From assembly GCA_963555985.3 (NCBI GenBank), contig OY820591.1, positions 512,001 to 576,000 of the forward strand: a stretch of DNA of 64,000 nt, in the 5' to 3' direction. Shown in pieces: positions 27,761 through 36,335 of the stretch. This stretch comes from Dehalococcoidia bacterium. Lineage in GTDB: Bacteria; Chloroflexota; Dehalococcoidia; Bin125. Both the position numbers and the translations under genes were made by a program. How positions within the stretch are numbered: the stretch's first letter is position 1; each line of letters starts with the position of its first letter. Under the pieces are notes generated by a model, which saw only the letters and a program-made list of their open reading frames with translations, searched no databases and was not told where the DNA came from.

Positions 27761-29163
27761 TGGAACGCCTGCGAGTGACCTTCGCCGCGCTCGCCGTGCG
27801 TAATTTCCGCCTCCAGTGGACGTCCTCGATGCTGTCCACGGCGGCCTTCATGACGACCTTCGTGCTGGTTCCGGTGGTCGCCTACGACTTGACCGGTTCC
27901 TTCGCCGCGTCGGGACTCGCCGCGATGGGCAACGGCATTGCGATGCTGCTGCTCTCGCCCTTCGGCGGCGTGCTCGCCGACCGCTTCTCGAAGAAGCCGC
28001 TGGTGATCGCCGGGCAGTTGGCCAGCTTCGTGATCATCGCGGCGACGGGATTCCTGATCGTCACCGAGTTGATCACGGTGGCGCTGCTGTTCGTCTCCAC
28101 CTTGTTGAGCGGGGCCGCGTTCGCGCTGACGGGACCGGCGCGGCAATCGTGGGTGGCGGAACTGGTTCCGACCCGACTGCTGCCGAACGCGGTCGCGTTG
28201 CAGCAGATGGGGATCAACATCGCGCAAGTGCTGGGACCGACTGCCGCTTCGGTGGTGGTGTTGACTTCCGACCTCAACGTGGGCTGGCTCTATCTCGCGG
28301 CCGCCGCAGTCTTTGTGATCGTGCTGCCGCTCAGCCTGATTTTGCCGCGCACGCCGCCCGCATCGACGCCTGGGCGTTCGCCTGCGCGTGAGTTGCGCGA
28401 CGGCTTCGGCTATCTGCGGCGCAGTCCGCGCCTGCGCATTCTCTGGCTGTTCTGGCTGCTGATCGTGACTTGCGGGTTCTCGATTCAGACGCTGATGCCC
28501 GGGATTCTTGATCAGGAGTTTGGCCGTTCCAGCGATGAAGCAGTGGTGATCAACTCGATCTTCGGAATCGCCGCATTGGCGGTGAATCTGCCCTTGGCCG
28601 GGATCGTCTCAGGGCGGCTCGCCTGGCCGCTGCTGCTGGGTACGGCGGTGCTGATGGGGGTAGGACTGTGGATGGTGGCCTGGGCGCCGACCTACGGACT
28701 GATCTTGATCCTCTCGGCGGTGGCGGGCGCGGGACGTTCCGGGGTGATGCTGGTGAATCAGTCGATCATGATGTCGAATACCCGTCCCGAGTACTTCGGG
28801 CGGGTGATGTCGTTCGTGCTGATGGCGTTCGGGCTCTCGGCGGTGGTCGGCCCGCTCTGGGGCGTGGGCGCGGACGCGATGGGCGGTCGGGAGACGCTGT
28901 TCCTGGTCGGCGCGATTGTGCTCGGTGGGACGGTGTTGATGACGCTGGGCTGGGTGCGCGTGCGCCGTCATCCGCTGGAAGCGGGCACGGCCGCCGCAGC
29001 CGGGTTCACGGGCGAACAGGTACGGCCTCCGCGCGAACCGGCGAGCGCGGAACCAAGCGCGGCTCCGTCGCCTGCATTTAGCCCCGTCTTCGCGGCGCGG
29101 CTTGCGCCGGTTGTGCTGATGGAGGGACAGAAGCCCCGCGCCACTATCCCGAGCGGCGATTAG
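27760..29163 (+). CDS. MFS transporter, paralog 5 of 7
   Basis: Same motifs; TGATG overlap; tail FAARLAPVVLMEGQK. Confidence 0.93.
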   Translation: MERLRVTFAALAVRNFRLQWTSSMLSTAAFMTTFVLVPVVAYDLTGSFAASGLAAMGNGIAMLLLSPFGGVLADRFSKKPLVIAGQLASFVIIAATGFLIVTELITVALLFVSTLLSGAAFALTGPARQSWVAELVPTRLLPNAVALQQMGINIAQVLGPTAASVVVLTSDLNVGWLYLAAAAVFVIVLPLSLILPRTPPASTPGRSPARELRDGFGYLRRSPRLRILWLFWLLIVTCGFSIQTLMPGILDQEFGRSSDEAVVINSIFGIAALAVNLPLAGIVSGRLAWPLLLGTAVLMGVGLWMVAWAPTYGLILILSAVAGAGRSGVMLVNQSIMMSNTRPEYFGRVMSFVLMAFGLSAVVGPLWGVGADAMGGRETLFLVGAIVLGGTVLMTLGWVRVRRHPLEAGTAAAAGFTGEQVRPPREPASAEPSAAPSPAFSPVFAARLAPVVLMEGQKPRATIPSGD

Positions 29164-29173
29164 CCTGAGGCTA

Positions 29174-30583
29174 ATGAATCGTCTCCGCGTCACGTTTGCC
29201 GCGCTTGCCGTCCGCGATTACCGCCTGCTCTGGACCGGATCGCTGATGGCCACGACGGCCTTCATGACCACGTTCTACCTGGTGCCGATCGTGGCCTATG
29301 AGATCACCGGCTCCTACGCCGCCTCGGGCTTCGCCCAGGCGGGGATGGTCGCACAGCTGGTGCTGGGACCGTTCGGCGGTGTGATCGCCGACCGCTACAA
29401 GAAGAAGCCGCTCGTCTTAGGAAGTCAGGTTATCCCCTGCGCGATCATCGTCGTCACCGGCATCCTGATCGTCACTGACAACATCACGATTCCGCTGCTG
29501 TTCGGCTCCACTTTCCTGACGGGCGCGACGTTCTCATTGATGGGGCCGGCGCGGCAGTCGTGGGTGGTCGAGCTGGTTCCGCATCGGCTGCTCCCGAACG
29601 CGGTCGCGTTGCAGAACATGTCGATCAACATCGCCGCCGTGATCGGACCGGCGCTGTCGGCGATTCTCGTCGTCTCGATGGGTCTCAACTCGGGCATCCT
29701 CTACATGCTCGTGGCCATCCCGTTCGTGATTGTGATCCCGCTGACGATCATGATCAGCGGCAGCGGCCGGGCGACGCCGCCCGAGCAGCGCAAAGCGATG
29801 ACGACCGAGATGGCAGCCGGTCTGCGCTACCTGACCAGCCGCCCGCAGCTGCGCAGCCTGTGGATGTTCTGGACATTGATCGTGGTCACGGGCTTTGCCT
29901 TGCAGACGCTGGTGCCGGGGCTGCTCGACCAGGAGTTTGGCCGCCCCGAGAGCGAAGCGTTGATCGTGGGCACGATCTGGGGCGTGACGGCGTTGCCGAT
30001 CAACCTGATGCTGGCGGGGATGGTCGGCGGGCGTTGGCCCTGGCCGTTGCTGTTCCTCTCGGCCCTGGCTCTAGCCGGCGGGATCTGGCTGACGGCCTGG
30101 GCGCCGGTCTACGCGGCGCTGCTGATCGTCTCCGCGGTCGCCGGCGGCGCGCGGTCGGCGGTGATGCTGCTGAACCAGACGATCATGATGACTAACACCC
30201 GGCCGGAGTACTTCGGACGGGTGATGAGTTGGGTGTTTATGGCGTTCGGCTTGCAGGGCATCCTGGCTCCGGTCTGGGGCATCGTCGCGGACGCGGTTGG
30301 CGGTCGGGAGACGCTGTACATCGTCGGTCTGATCGTGGTCGCGGGGACGGCGCTGATGATGCTGTCGCGGGCGCGGACGCGGCGGATTCCACCGGAGCCG
30401 GGGACAGCGGCGGCGTCGATTGCGGGTGAAGAAGCGGCGGAGCCGGAGGCGTCCCCTGCGGAACCCCAGGCTGCGCCGAGCCCGGCCTACAGTCCGCTGT
30501 TTGCGGCGCGGTTGGCTCCGGTGGTGTTGATGGAGGGTCAGAAGCCGCGCGCCACAGGGACGGCGATGGCGAGCAGCGAGTAG
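29174..30583 (+). CDS. MFS transporter, paralog 6 of 7
   Basis: Same motifs; tail FAARLAPVVLMEGQK. Confidence 0.93.
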   Translation: MNRLRVTFAALAVRDYRLLWTGSLMATTAFMTTFYLVPIVAYEITGSYAASGFAQAGMVAQLVLGPFGGVIADRYKKKPLVLGSQVIPCAIIVVTGILIVTDNITIPLLFGSTFLTGATFSLMGPARQSWVVELVPHRLLPNAVALQNMSINIAAVIGPALSAILVVSMGLNSGILYMLVAIPFVIVIPLTIMISGSGRATPPEQRKAMTTEMAAGLRYLTSRPQLRSLWMFWTLIVVTGFALQTLVPGLLDQEFGRPESEALIVGTIWGVTALPINLMLAGMVGGRWPWPLLFLSALALAGGIWLTAWAPVYAALLIVSAVAGGARSAVMLLNQTIMMTNTRPEYFGRVMSWVFMAFGLQGILAPVWGIVADAVGGRETLYIVGLIVVAGTALMMLSRARTRRIPPEPGTAAASIAGEEAAEPEASPAEPQAAPSPAYSPLFAARLAPVVLMEGQKPRATGTAMASSE

Positions 30584-30600
30584 CGGGTAGCGTAGCGCGA

Positions 30601-31944
30601 ATGGAACGCCTCCGCCTCAGCTTCGCATCGCTCTCGGTGCGCGACTACCGCCTGCTCTGGTTCGGCTCGCTGATGGCCATTACGGCCTTCCTGACCACCT
30701 TCTATCTGGTGCCGATCGTCGCCTACGAGATCACGGGCTCCTACGCCGCCTCGGGCTTCGCCCTGGCCGGGATGGTCGGGCAGCTGGTGTTCGGACCGTT
30801 CAGCGGCGTGATCGCCGACCGCTATCGCAAGAAACCGCTGGCGCTCGCCAGTCAGATCGTCCCCGCTGCGATTGTCGTCCTCACCGGCATTCTGATCGCC
30901 ACCGACAACATCACGATCCCGCTGCTGTTTGGCTCCACCTTTCTCATCGCCGTGTCCTTCTCGATGATGGGACCCGCGCGTCAGGCCTGGATCGCCGAGC
31001 TGGTCCCGCGTGAATTGCTGCCCAACGCTGTCGCCTTGCAGACCACCGCGATCAACATCGCCGGCGTGATCGGACCGGCCCTCTCGGCCATCCTCGTGGT
31101 CTCGATGAACCTCGACTCCGGCATCCTCTACATGCTCATGGCGGCGCCCTTCGCGATCGCTGTGCCGCTTACCCTGATGATCGGTGGCAGTGGACAGGCC
31201 ACGCCGCCCGAACAACGCAAGTCGATGACGACCGAGATGGTCGCCGGTCTGAGCTACATCACCAGCCGACCGCAGTTGCGCAGCCTATGGCTGTTCTGGA
31301 TCTTGATCGTGGTCACCGGCTTCGCCCTACAGACGCTGGTGCCGGGACTGATCGACCAGGAATTCGGCCGGGCCGAGAACGAGGCCCTGATCGTCGGCAC
31401 GATCTGGGGCGTGACGGCGCTGCCGATCAACCTCATGCTGGCGGGCGTCGTCGGCACCCGACGCTGGCCCTGGCCATTGCTCTTCCTCTCCGCCTGCCTG
31501 TTGGCCGCCGGGATTTGGCTGACGGCCTGGGCGCCGGTCTATGGAGCGCTGCTGATCATCTCCGCCGTCGCCGGCGGTGCCCGTTCCGCCGTGATGCTGC
31601 TCAACCAGACGATCATGATGTCCAACACGCGCCAGGAGTACTTCGGTCGCGTGATGAGCTGGATCTTCATGGCGATCGGCCTGCAAGGGGTGCTGGCCCC
31701 GGTCTGGGGCGCCGTCGCCGACGCCCTCGGCGGGCGCGAAACGTTGTACCTCGTCGGCCTGCTCGTCGTCGCCGGGACCGCTCTGATGGCGATCGCCAGA
31801 GCCAGAACCCGACATATCCCGCCAGAGCCGGGCACGGCCGCCGCTGCCATTGCCGCCGAAGGATCATCCGAAGCCGAGCCCCCGGACAGCGACCAAGAAC
31901 CGCCTCCAGCCCGACCGCCCGAGTCGCCCCGGTCGCGTCGATGA
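30601..31944 (+). CDS. MFS transporter, paralog 7 of 7 (tail motif frameshifted)
   Basis: Closest to paralog 6; remnant TARVAPVASMKDQKR-stop lies in another frame at 31914-31961. Confidence 0.92.
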   Translation: MERLRLSFASLSVRDYRLLWFGSLMAITAFLTTFYLVPIVAYEITGSYAASGFALAGMVGQLVFGPFSGVIADRYRKKPLALASQIVPAAIVVLTGILIATDNITIPLLFGSTFLIAVSFSMMGPARQAWIAELVPRELLPNAVALQTTAINIAGVIGPALSAILVVSMNLDSGILYMLMAAPFAIAVPLTLMIGGSGQATPPEQRKSMTTEMVAGLSYITSRPQLRSLWLFWILIVVTGFALQTLVPGLIDQEFGRAENEALIVGTIWGVTALPINLMLAGVVGTRRWPWPLLFLSACLLAAGIWLTAWAPVYGALLIISAVAGGARSAVMLLNQTIMMSNTRQEYFGRVMSWIFMAIGLQGVLAPVWGAVADALGGRETLYLVGLLVVAGTALMAIARARTRHIPPEPGTAAAAIAAEGSSEAEPPDSDQEPPPARPPESPRSRR

Positions 31945-32061
31945 AGGACCAGAAGCGCTGAGCGATCGGGTGGTTAGTCGGCGTTGCGCACTTTGGCGTG
32001 GAGCGCTTCCGCGAGGCGGCCAACTGGTGAATGGCTTTGCCGTTGCCAGCGACGATCCCGT

Positions 32062-32355
32062 TCAGGACTCGAATCGACGGCGCAACGCGCGCATTTCCAG
32101 CAACGCCTCGTTCGCCAGTTGAATGAGGTCGTTGTGCCCCGCCTCCAAGTTCGCCATCCGCTCTGAGACCGATTCGAGAGTGGACTTCATCGACTTCAGG
32201 TCGTCATGCACGCGGGGCAGCTCGACCATCGCAAGGTCGATCACGGCTCGGGAGTCGGGCGTGCGCAGTTCGATCAGGTCGAACGCTTTGGCCAACTCCG
32301 GCTCCATGCCGGCGTTGATGAGGATTTCCGACCAGGACGTGTCCGGTGTCGTCAT
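32062..32355 (-). CDS. Small coiled-coil hypothetical protein (DUF1640-like N-terminus)
   Basis: LINAGMEPELAKAF followed by heptad repeats; TAAACT 6 nt before ATG. Confidence 0.65.
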   Translation of the reverse strand: MTTPDTSWSEILINAGMEPELAKAFDLIELRTPDSRAVIDLAMVELPRVHDDLKSMKSTLESVSERMANLEAGHNDLIQLANEALLEMRALRRRFES

Positions 32356-32364
32356 GCGTCCAGT

Positions 32365-32691
32365 TTAGCGAGCGAAGACCGCCAGCAGGCTGCCTAGCAG
32401 AGCGCCGATCGCGATCAGGGTGGTGTTGAGCATCCGCTGGATGCGGCTTTCGGACTGCATGCGTTCATCGATGATGTGAAGGTCGGCACGCATTTGGTTC
32501 ATGTCATCGCGCAGGCCGCCCAGCTGTGCGCCGTGTTCGTCCAGACGACGCAGGATGAGTTCCAGGGCCTGGGCGACCTCGGGATTGGTCTCCTGAGAAG
32601 TCGTCAACAGCTCAACGAGCGCACGCGCCTGCTTGTCGCTGAAGCCGGTGTCGACGAGGCGGTCGTAGTCGTGGAGGGTGTCTGTGGTCAC
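32365..32691 (-). CDS. DUF1640/CCDC90-like coiled-coil protein with C-terminal TM
   Basis: TDTLHDYDRLVDTGFSDKQARALV, coiled coil, TLIAIGALLGSLLAVF; SD aggag. Confidence 0.7.
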   Translation of the reverse strand: MTTDTLHDYDRLVDTGFSDKQARALVELLTTSQETNPEVAQALELILRRLDEHGAQLGGLRDDMNQMRADLHIIDERMQSESRIQRMLNTTLIAIGALLGSLLAVFAR

Positions 32692-32805
32692 GGTGGTCTC
32701 CTGTCGGAGAAGTTAGCCGTTTACTCCGCCTCCGTATCACCAGCTGAGTTTTCCGGGGACTGACCGTAGCGGTGGATTATCCAGGCTTGGGACGGAGGTC
32801 CAGAG

Positions 32806-33780
32806 CTAGTCACTCTGGGCTAGTTCGCCGAGGAAGGCTCGGGTTCGGGTGATGTGGGACTCGGCGTCGTCGACTAGGACGACAATGGCAGCGAGCATTT
32901 CATCGACTCCGTAGTCGTCGTGGAGGGTGCGGACCTTGTCTCCGACCTCGGACTCGGAGCCGCTGATGATGAGGGCGTCGGCCATGCGGTCGGTGAAGTC
33001 GCGGCCGGCGGCTTCTTCGTAGCCGGCGTCCTGGAGCATTTGGGAGTAGTAGGGGAGGCGCTGGTAGAAACCGAACTGGCGGCGGGCGGCGGCGTGGATG
33101 GCTTCGGTGTCTTCGCTGAGGATGATCGGGGTGTGCACGACCATGGCGGGTCGGTCGCGGCCGGCGAGGTCGGCTCCGGCTTGCTGGGCGGGGAGGGCGA
33201 CGTCGCGGATGTAGGGCAGGGGCGACATCCAGGAGATGCCTCCGGCGGTGATCTCGCCGCTGAGCGACCAGGCTTTCTCTCGGAGGGCGGAGATCATGGT
33301 GGAGACCTGGGTGGGGCCGCCGGGAAGTTGGGCGCGGGCGGTGATCAGTTCGCCCTCATGGTTGACCTCGCCCTCCTCAAGTAGCGCGCGGCAGATCGTC
33401 ACGTACTCGCGCAAGTGCGAGAGCGGCTTGTGAAAGGGCATACCCCAGGTGCCCTCAATGGCGGGCTTGTGGGAGGGGCCGAGGCCGAGGATCATGCGGC
33501 CCGGGGCCATCTGATCGACCGAGGCAGCGCCCTGGACCATTGAGATTGGGTGACGGGGGTAGGTGGGGACGATCGAGGTGCCGAAGGTGATCCGCTCGGC
33601 GCCGGAGAGGGCGGCGCCGACGAAGACGGCGAAGGGGTCGGGGGCGGGGCCGCCGACGGTGAGCCAGGCGGTGTCGAGGCCGTCGCGGTCGGCGGCGACG
33701 ATGCCGTCGATCAGCGACGGAGCGCTCATCATCTGGATGTTCTGGAGGGCGATGTGGACGCCGATGCGCATGTTCTTCAT
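32806..33780 (-). CDS. LLM-class flavin/F420-dependent oxidoreductase
   Basis: FGTSIVPTYPRHP, PGRMILGLGPSH, LREYV; SD aaggag before ATG 33780. Confidence 0.9.
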   Translation of the reverse strand: MKNMRIGVHIALQNIQMMSAPSLIDGIVAADRDGLDTAWLTVGGPAPDPFAVFVGAALSGAERITFGTSIVPTYPRHPISMVQGAASVDQMAPGRMILGLGPSHKPAIEGTWGMPFHKPLSHLREYVTICRALLEEGEVNHEGELITARAQLPGGPTQVSTMISALREKAWSLSGEITAGGISWMSPLPYIRDVALPAQQAGADLAGRDRPAMVVHTPIILSEDTEAIHAAARRQFGFYQRLPYYSQMLQDAGYEEAAGRDFTDRMADALIISGSESEVGDKVRTLHDDYGVDEMLAAIVVLVDDAESHITRTRAFLGELAQSD

Positions 33781-33898
33781 GGTTGCGGTCTCCTTTGAGT
33801 GGGTCGTTTGAGGGCAGGGTACTCCCAAGTGTTGCTCTCTCCTCTTCCGCACAGCACTACGAAGGCTGGTGCATCATCGTCATGCCCACCCCGCAACA

Positions 33899-33997
33899 CC
33901 GTCATACCCGCGCTTGCCGCGGGTATCTCGCCGAGCCGGGCACGGACGTTCGTGCAGCGCACAGCGAGATTACCGCGACGGAGCGCGGTAATGACGG
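33899..33997. repeat. CGTC-tagged REP doublet, family B (reverse orientation)
   Basis: ccgtcatacccgcgcttgccgcgggtatctcgc...gcgagattaccgcgacggagcgcggtaatgacgg. Confidence 0.85.
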
Positions 33998-34039
33998 AGG
34001 TAGCGGTGACGCATCGGCCTTAGTGGGGGATCGTCCCTG

Positions 34040-34885
34040 CTACTCGTAGACGGCTCCTGGAGCGAAGTCGATTCGCTTGGCTTCGGTGACTCCGGCGGTG
34101 TATTGGGTGCCAACGGTGTCGTGGCCGGGGAGGAGGAAAGCGTCGCGGTCGGCGGCGATTCTAGCGATCTTGGCGATCGAGTTGTCCCAGGCCTCGGGCA
34201 GCATGTTGACCGGGGAGGTGGCGTTCGGGTCGCCGATCGTGTCGTGGAAGTACATGGCGTCGGAGGTCAGGAGGACCCAGCCGGTCGAGTCGAGGCGGAT
34301 CAGCAGGCCCATTTGGCCGGGAGTGTGTCCGGGCAGCGAGATGCACCAGAGGTCCTTGGCGATCTCTTGATCGCCGTACATCAGCATCTGCGGCGCGCGC
34401 GAGAGGAAGTTCCAGTCGGCGCGGATGAAAAAGGCGTCGGCGGTCTCGATGTTGCCGACGCAGAAGCGCCACTCATCTTCGTGCACCACGATCTGCGCGC
34501 CGGCGTCCTCGAAGACGCGCAGGCCGCCCGCGTGGTCGGCGTGGAGGTGGCCCTGGATCACGTGCGAGAAGTCCTCGGGCGCCCAGCCGTTGGCCTGGAG
34601 CTGCGCCTCGATGCAGACCTCGGGGGTGATCCCGGAGAGGTCGACGAGGTCAGTCCAGTCGGAGAGCCACTCTTCGCTCCAGTTGGTCGAGACGCCGGTC
34701 TCGAAGGCGATCAGGCCTGCGTCGGGGTGTTCGATGATGTAGGAGAGTGAGGGGCACTGGTAGAGGCCGTTGACGATATCGCCGTCGTCGAGGCGCATCG
34801 ACGTGCGTACGCCGCCAGTCTCGAACAGCATCCCCAAGGGGACGGGGAAGCCGCCCAGTTTCAGTCCGTGAAGCTTGATTCCCAT
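34040..34885 (-). CDS. MBL-fold lactonase (N-acyl homoserine lactonase family)
   Basis: HLHADHAG, PGHTPG, TSDAMY, PGHD. Confidence 0.85.
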   Translation of the reverse strand: MGIKLHGLKLGGFPVPLGMLFETGGVRTSMRLDDGDIVNGLYQCPSLSYIIEHPDAGLIAFETGVSTNWSEEWLSDWTDLVDLSGITPEVCIEAQLQANGWAPEDFSHVIQGHLHADHAGGLRVFEDAGAQIVVHEDEWRFCVGNIETADAFFIRADWNFLSRAPQMLMYGDQEIAKDLWCISLPGHTPGQMGLLIRLDSTGWVLLTSDAMYFHDTIGDPNATSPVNMLPEAWDNSIAKIARIAADRDAFLLPGHDTVGTQYTAGVTEAKRIDFAPGAVYE

Positions 34886-34934
34886 GGCTGGTTCCTTCCT
34901 AGGTGCTGGTGCACGTGTTTGCTGGGGGCGAGTT

Positions 34935-36335
34935 TCAGTCGCCGGCTGCTTCGGCTGCGGCGGCGAGATGGGGCGCGACGGCGTTGGCGGGCGGATTGAC
35001 GACCATGCCGCCGCAGGCGTCGGCGAGTTGGGGCATACAGTCGGAGGCGAACCACTGCATCTGGTGCTCGACCTCTTCGTGCGAGTAGCCGCCGATCTCG
35101 AACCAGGTGGCGAAGAGGAAGTCCTCGTAGCCGACGCCCTCTTTGACCGCCATCATTTGCTCGACCACCTGATCCGGGGTGCCGACGATCGCGACCTGCT
35201 TGTCGATTAGGAGGTCGGCGGTGACGCGCATGTCGAGCGGGTAGGGGTCTTCGTCGGCGTCGGCGAGGACGGCGGCGAACCCGAAGGGGCCGTAGTAATC
35301 CCACTGCAGTTCGAGGCCGAGCTTGAAGCGTTCCATGTCGGCGTCGGGATCGTTGGGATCGAGCAGGTGGATGTAGCGGCAGCAGCCGTAGCCGCGCTTC
35401 TTTTCGGAGTCCCAGCCGAACTTGAAGGGGCCGCGGTCGAGGCGGTCGGGCCAGCCGGCCGCTTCGCAGGATTCGTAGTAGCGCTCGACGTTGCCGACCA
35501 GCCGCGAGGTGGGCTCCGGCACGGTGAAACAGTTCACGCCCCGTTCGGCGGCCCAGTCGATCGAGCGCGGTGAGGTGACCGGCTGCCAGACCTGTGGATG
35601 CGGCTTTTGCGCCGGCTGCGGGATCACGGAGATCTCGCGCAGCGTGGTCGTCGATGCCAGCACCGGACTGCCCATCGAGTACATGTCGGGCGGGCCGAGG
35701 TTGAGCACGTCGTCGACCGGGTGCTTGGTGCGCTCCTGCTCGAAGTAGGCGATGGTCTGCTTGTGGTTCCACTTGGTGTAGGAGGGCGGGACGCGGTAGA
35801 ACTCGCCGTGGTAGGAGAACGACGGCTCCGTCCAGGCCTTCATGATGATCTCGTAGGCCTCTTCGAAGTAGGAGCGGTTGCGCTCCTGGTCCTGGATCGT
35901 CGCGCCCATTGCGCCGCCGAGGACTTCGGCTTCGCGCGGCTGGTAGCCGCGGCCGACGCCGAATTCGAGCCGCCCGCCGGATATGACATCGAGCATCGCC
36001 GCTGATTCGGCCACCCGGATCGGGTGCCACCAGGGGAGGATGTTGGCCATCTGTCCGAGCCGGATACGGGAGGTGAGGGCGGCGATCGCGGTCTCGGTCT
36101 GGAGCGGAGCGGGCGAGAGCTCCGCTCCCTCCGGCTGGAAGTGGTGCTCGGTCATGAACCAGTAGTTGAATCCCAGCTGATCCGCGAGCACGCCCTGGCG
36201 GACTTGGTTGGCGATGATCCGCCGCCCGGACTCATGCACCTCGTCCAGATCGCCGTCGTTGACCACCACGCCTTCGTGGGTCGTGGTCAGCGGCAGGTCT
36301 GCCGCGCCGTTGTGAAAGACCGCCAATTCGAGCAT
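34935..36335 (-). CDS. LLM-class flavin-dependent oxidoreductase (luciferase-like)
   Basis: WFMTEHHF, RIRLG...LPWWHPIRVAE...LDVISGGRLEFGVGRGY, VGTPDQV; probable start MLELAVF at 36335. Confidence 0.9.
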   Translation of the reverse strand: MLELAVFHNGAADLPLTTTHEGVVVNDGDLDEVHESGRRIIANQVRQGVLADQLGFNYWFMTEHHFQPEGAELSPAPLQTETAIAALTSRIRLGQMANILPWWHPIRVAESAAMLDVISGGRLEFGVGRGYQPREAEVLGGAMGATIQDQERNRSYFEEAYEIIMKAWTEPSFSYHGEFYRVPPSYTKWNHKQTIAYFEQERTKHPVDDVLNLGPPDMYSMGSPVLASTTTLREISVIPQPAQKPHPQVWQPVTSPRSIDWAAERGVNCFTVPEPTSRLVGNVERYYESCEAAGWPDRLDRGPFKFGWDSEKKRGYGCCRYIHLLDPNDPDADMERFKLGLELQWDYYGPFGFAAVLADADEDPYPLDMRVTADLLIDKQVAIVGTPDQVVEQMMAVKEGVGYEDFLFATWFEIGGYSHEEVEHQMQWFASDCMPQLADACGGMVVNPPANAVAPHLAAAAEAAGD

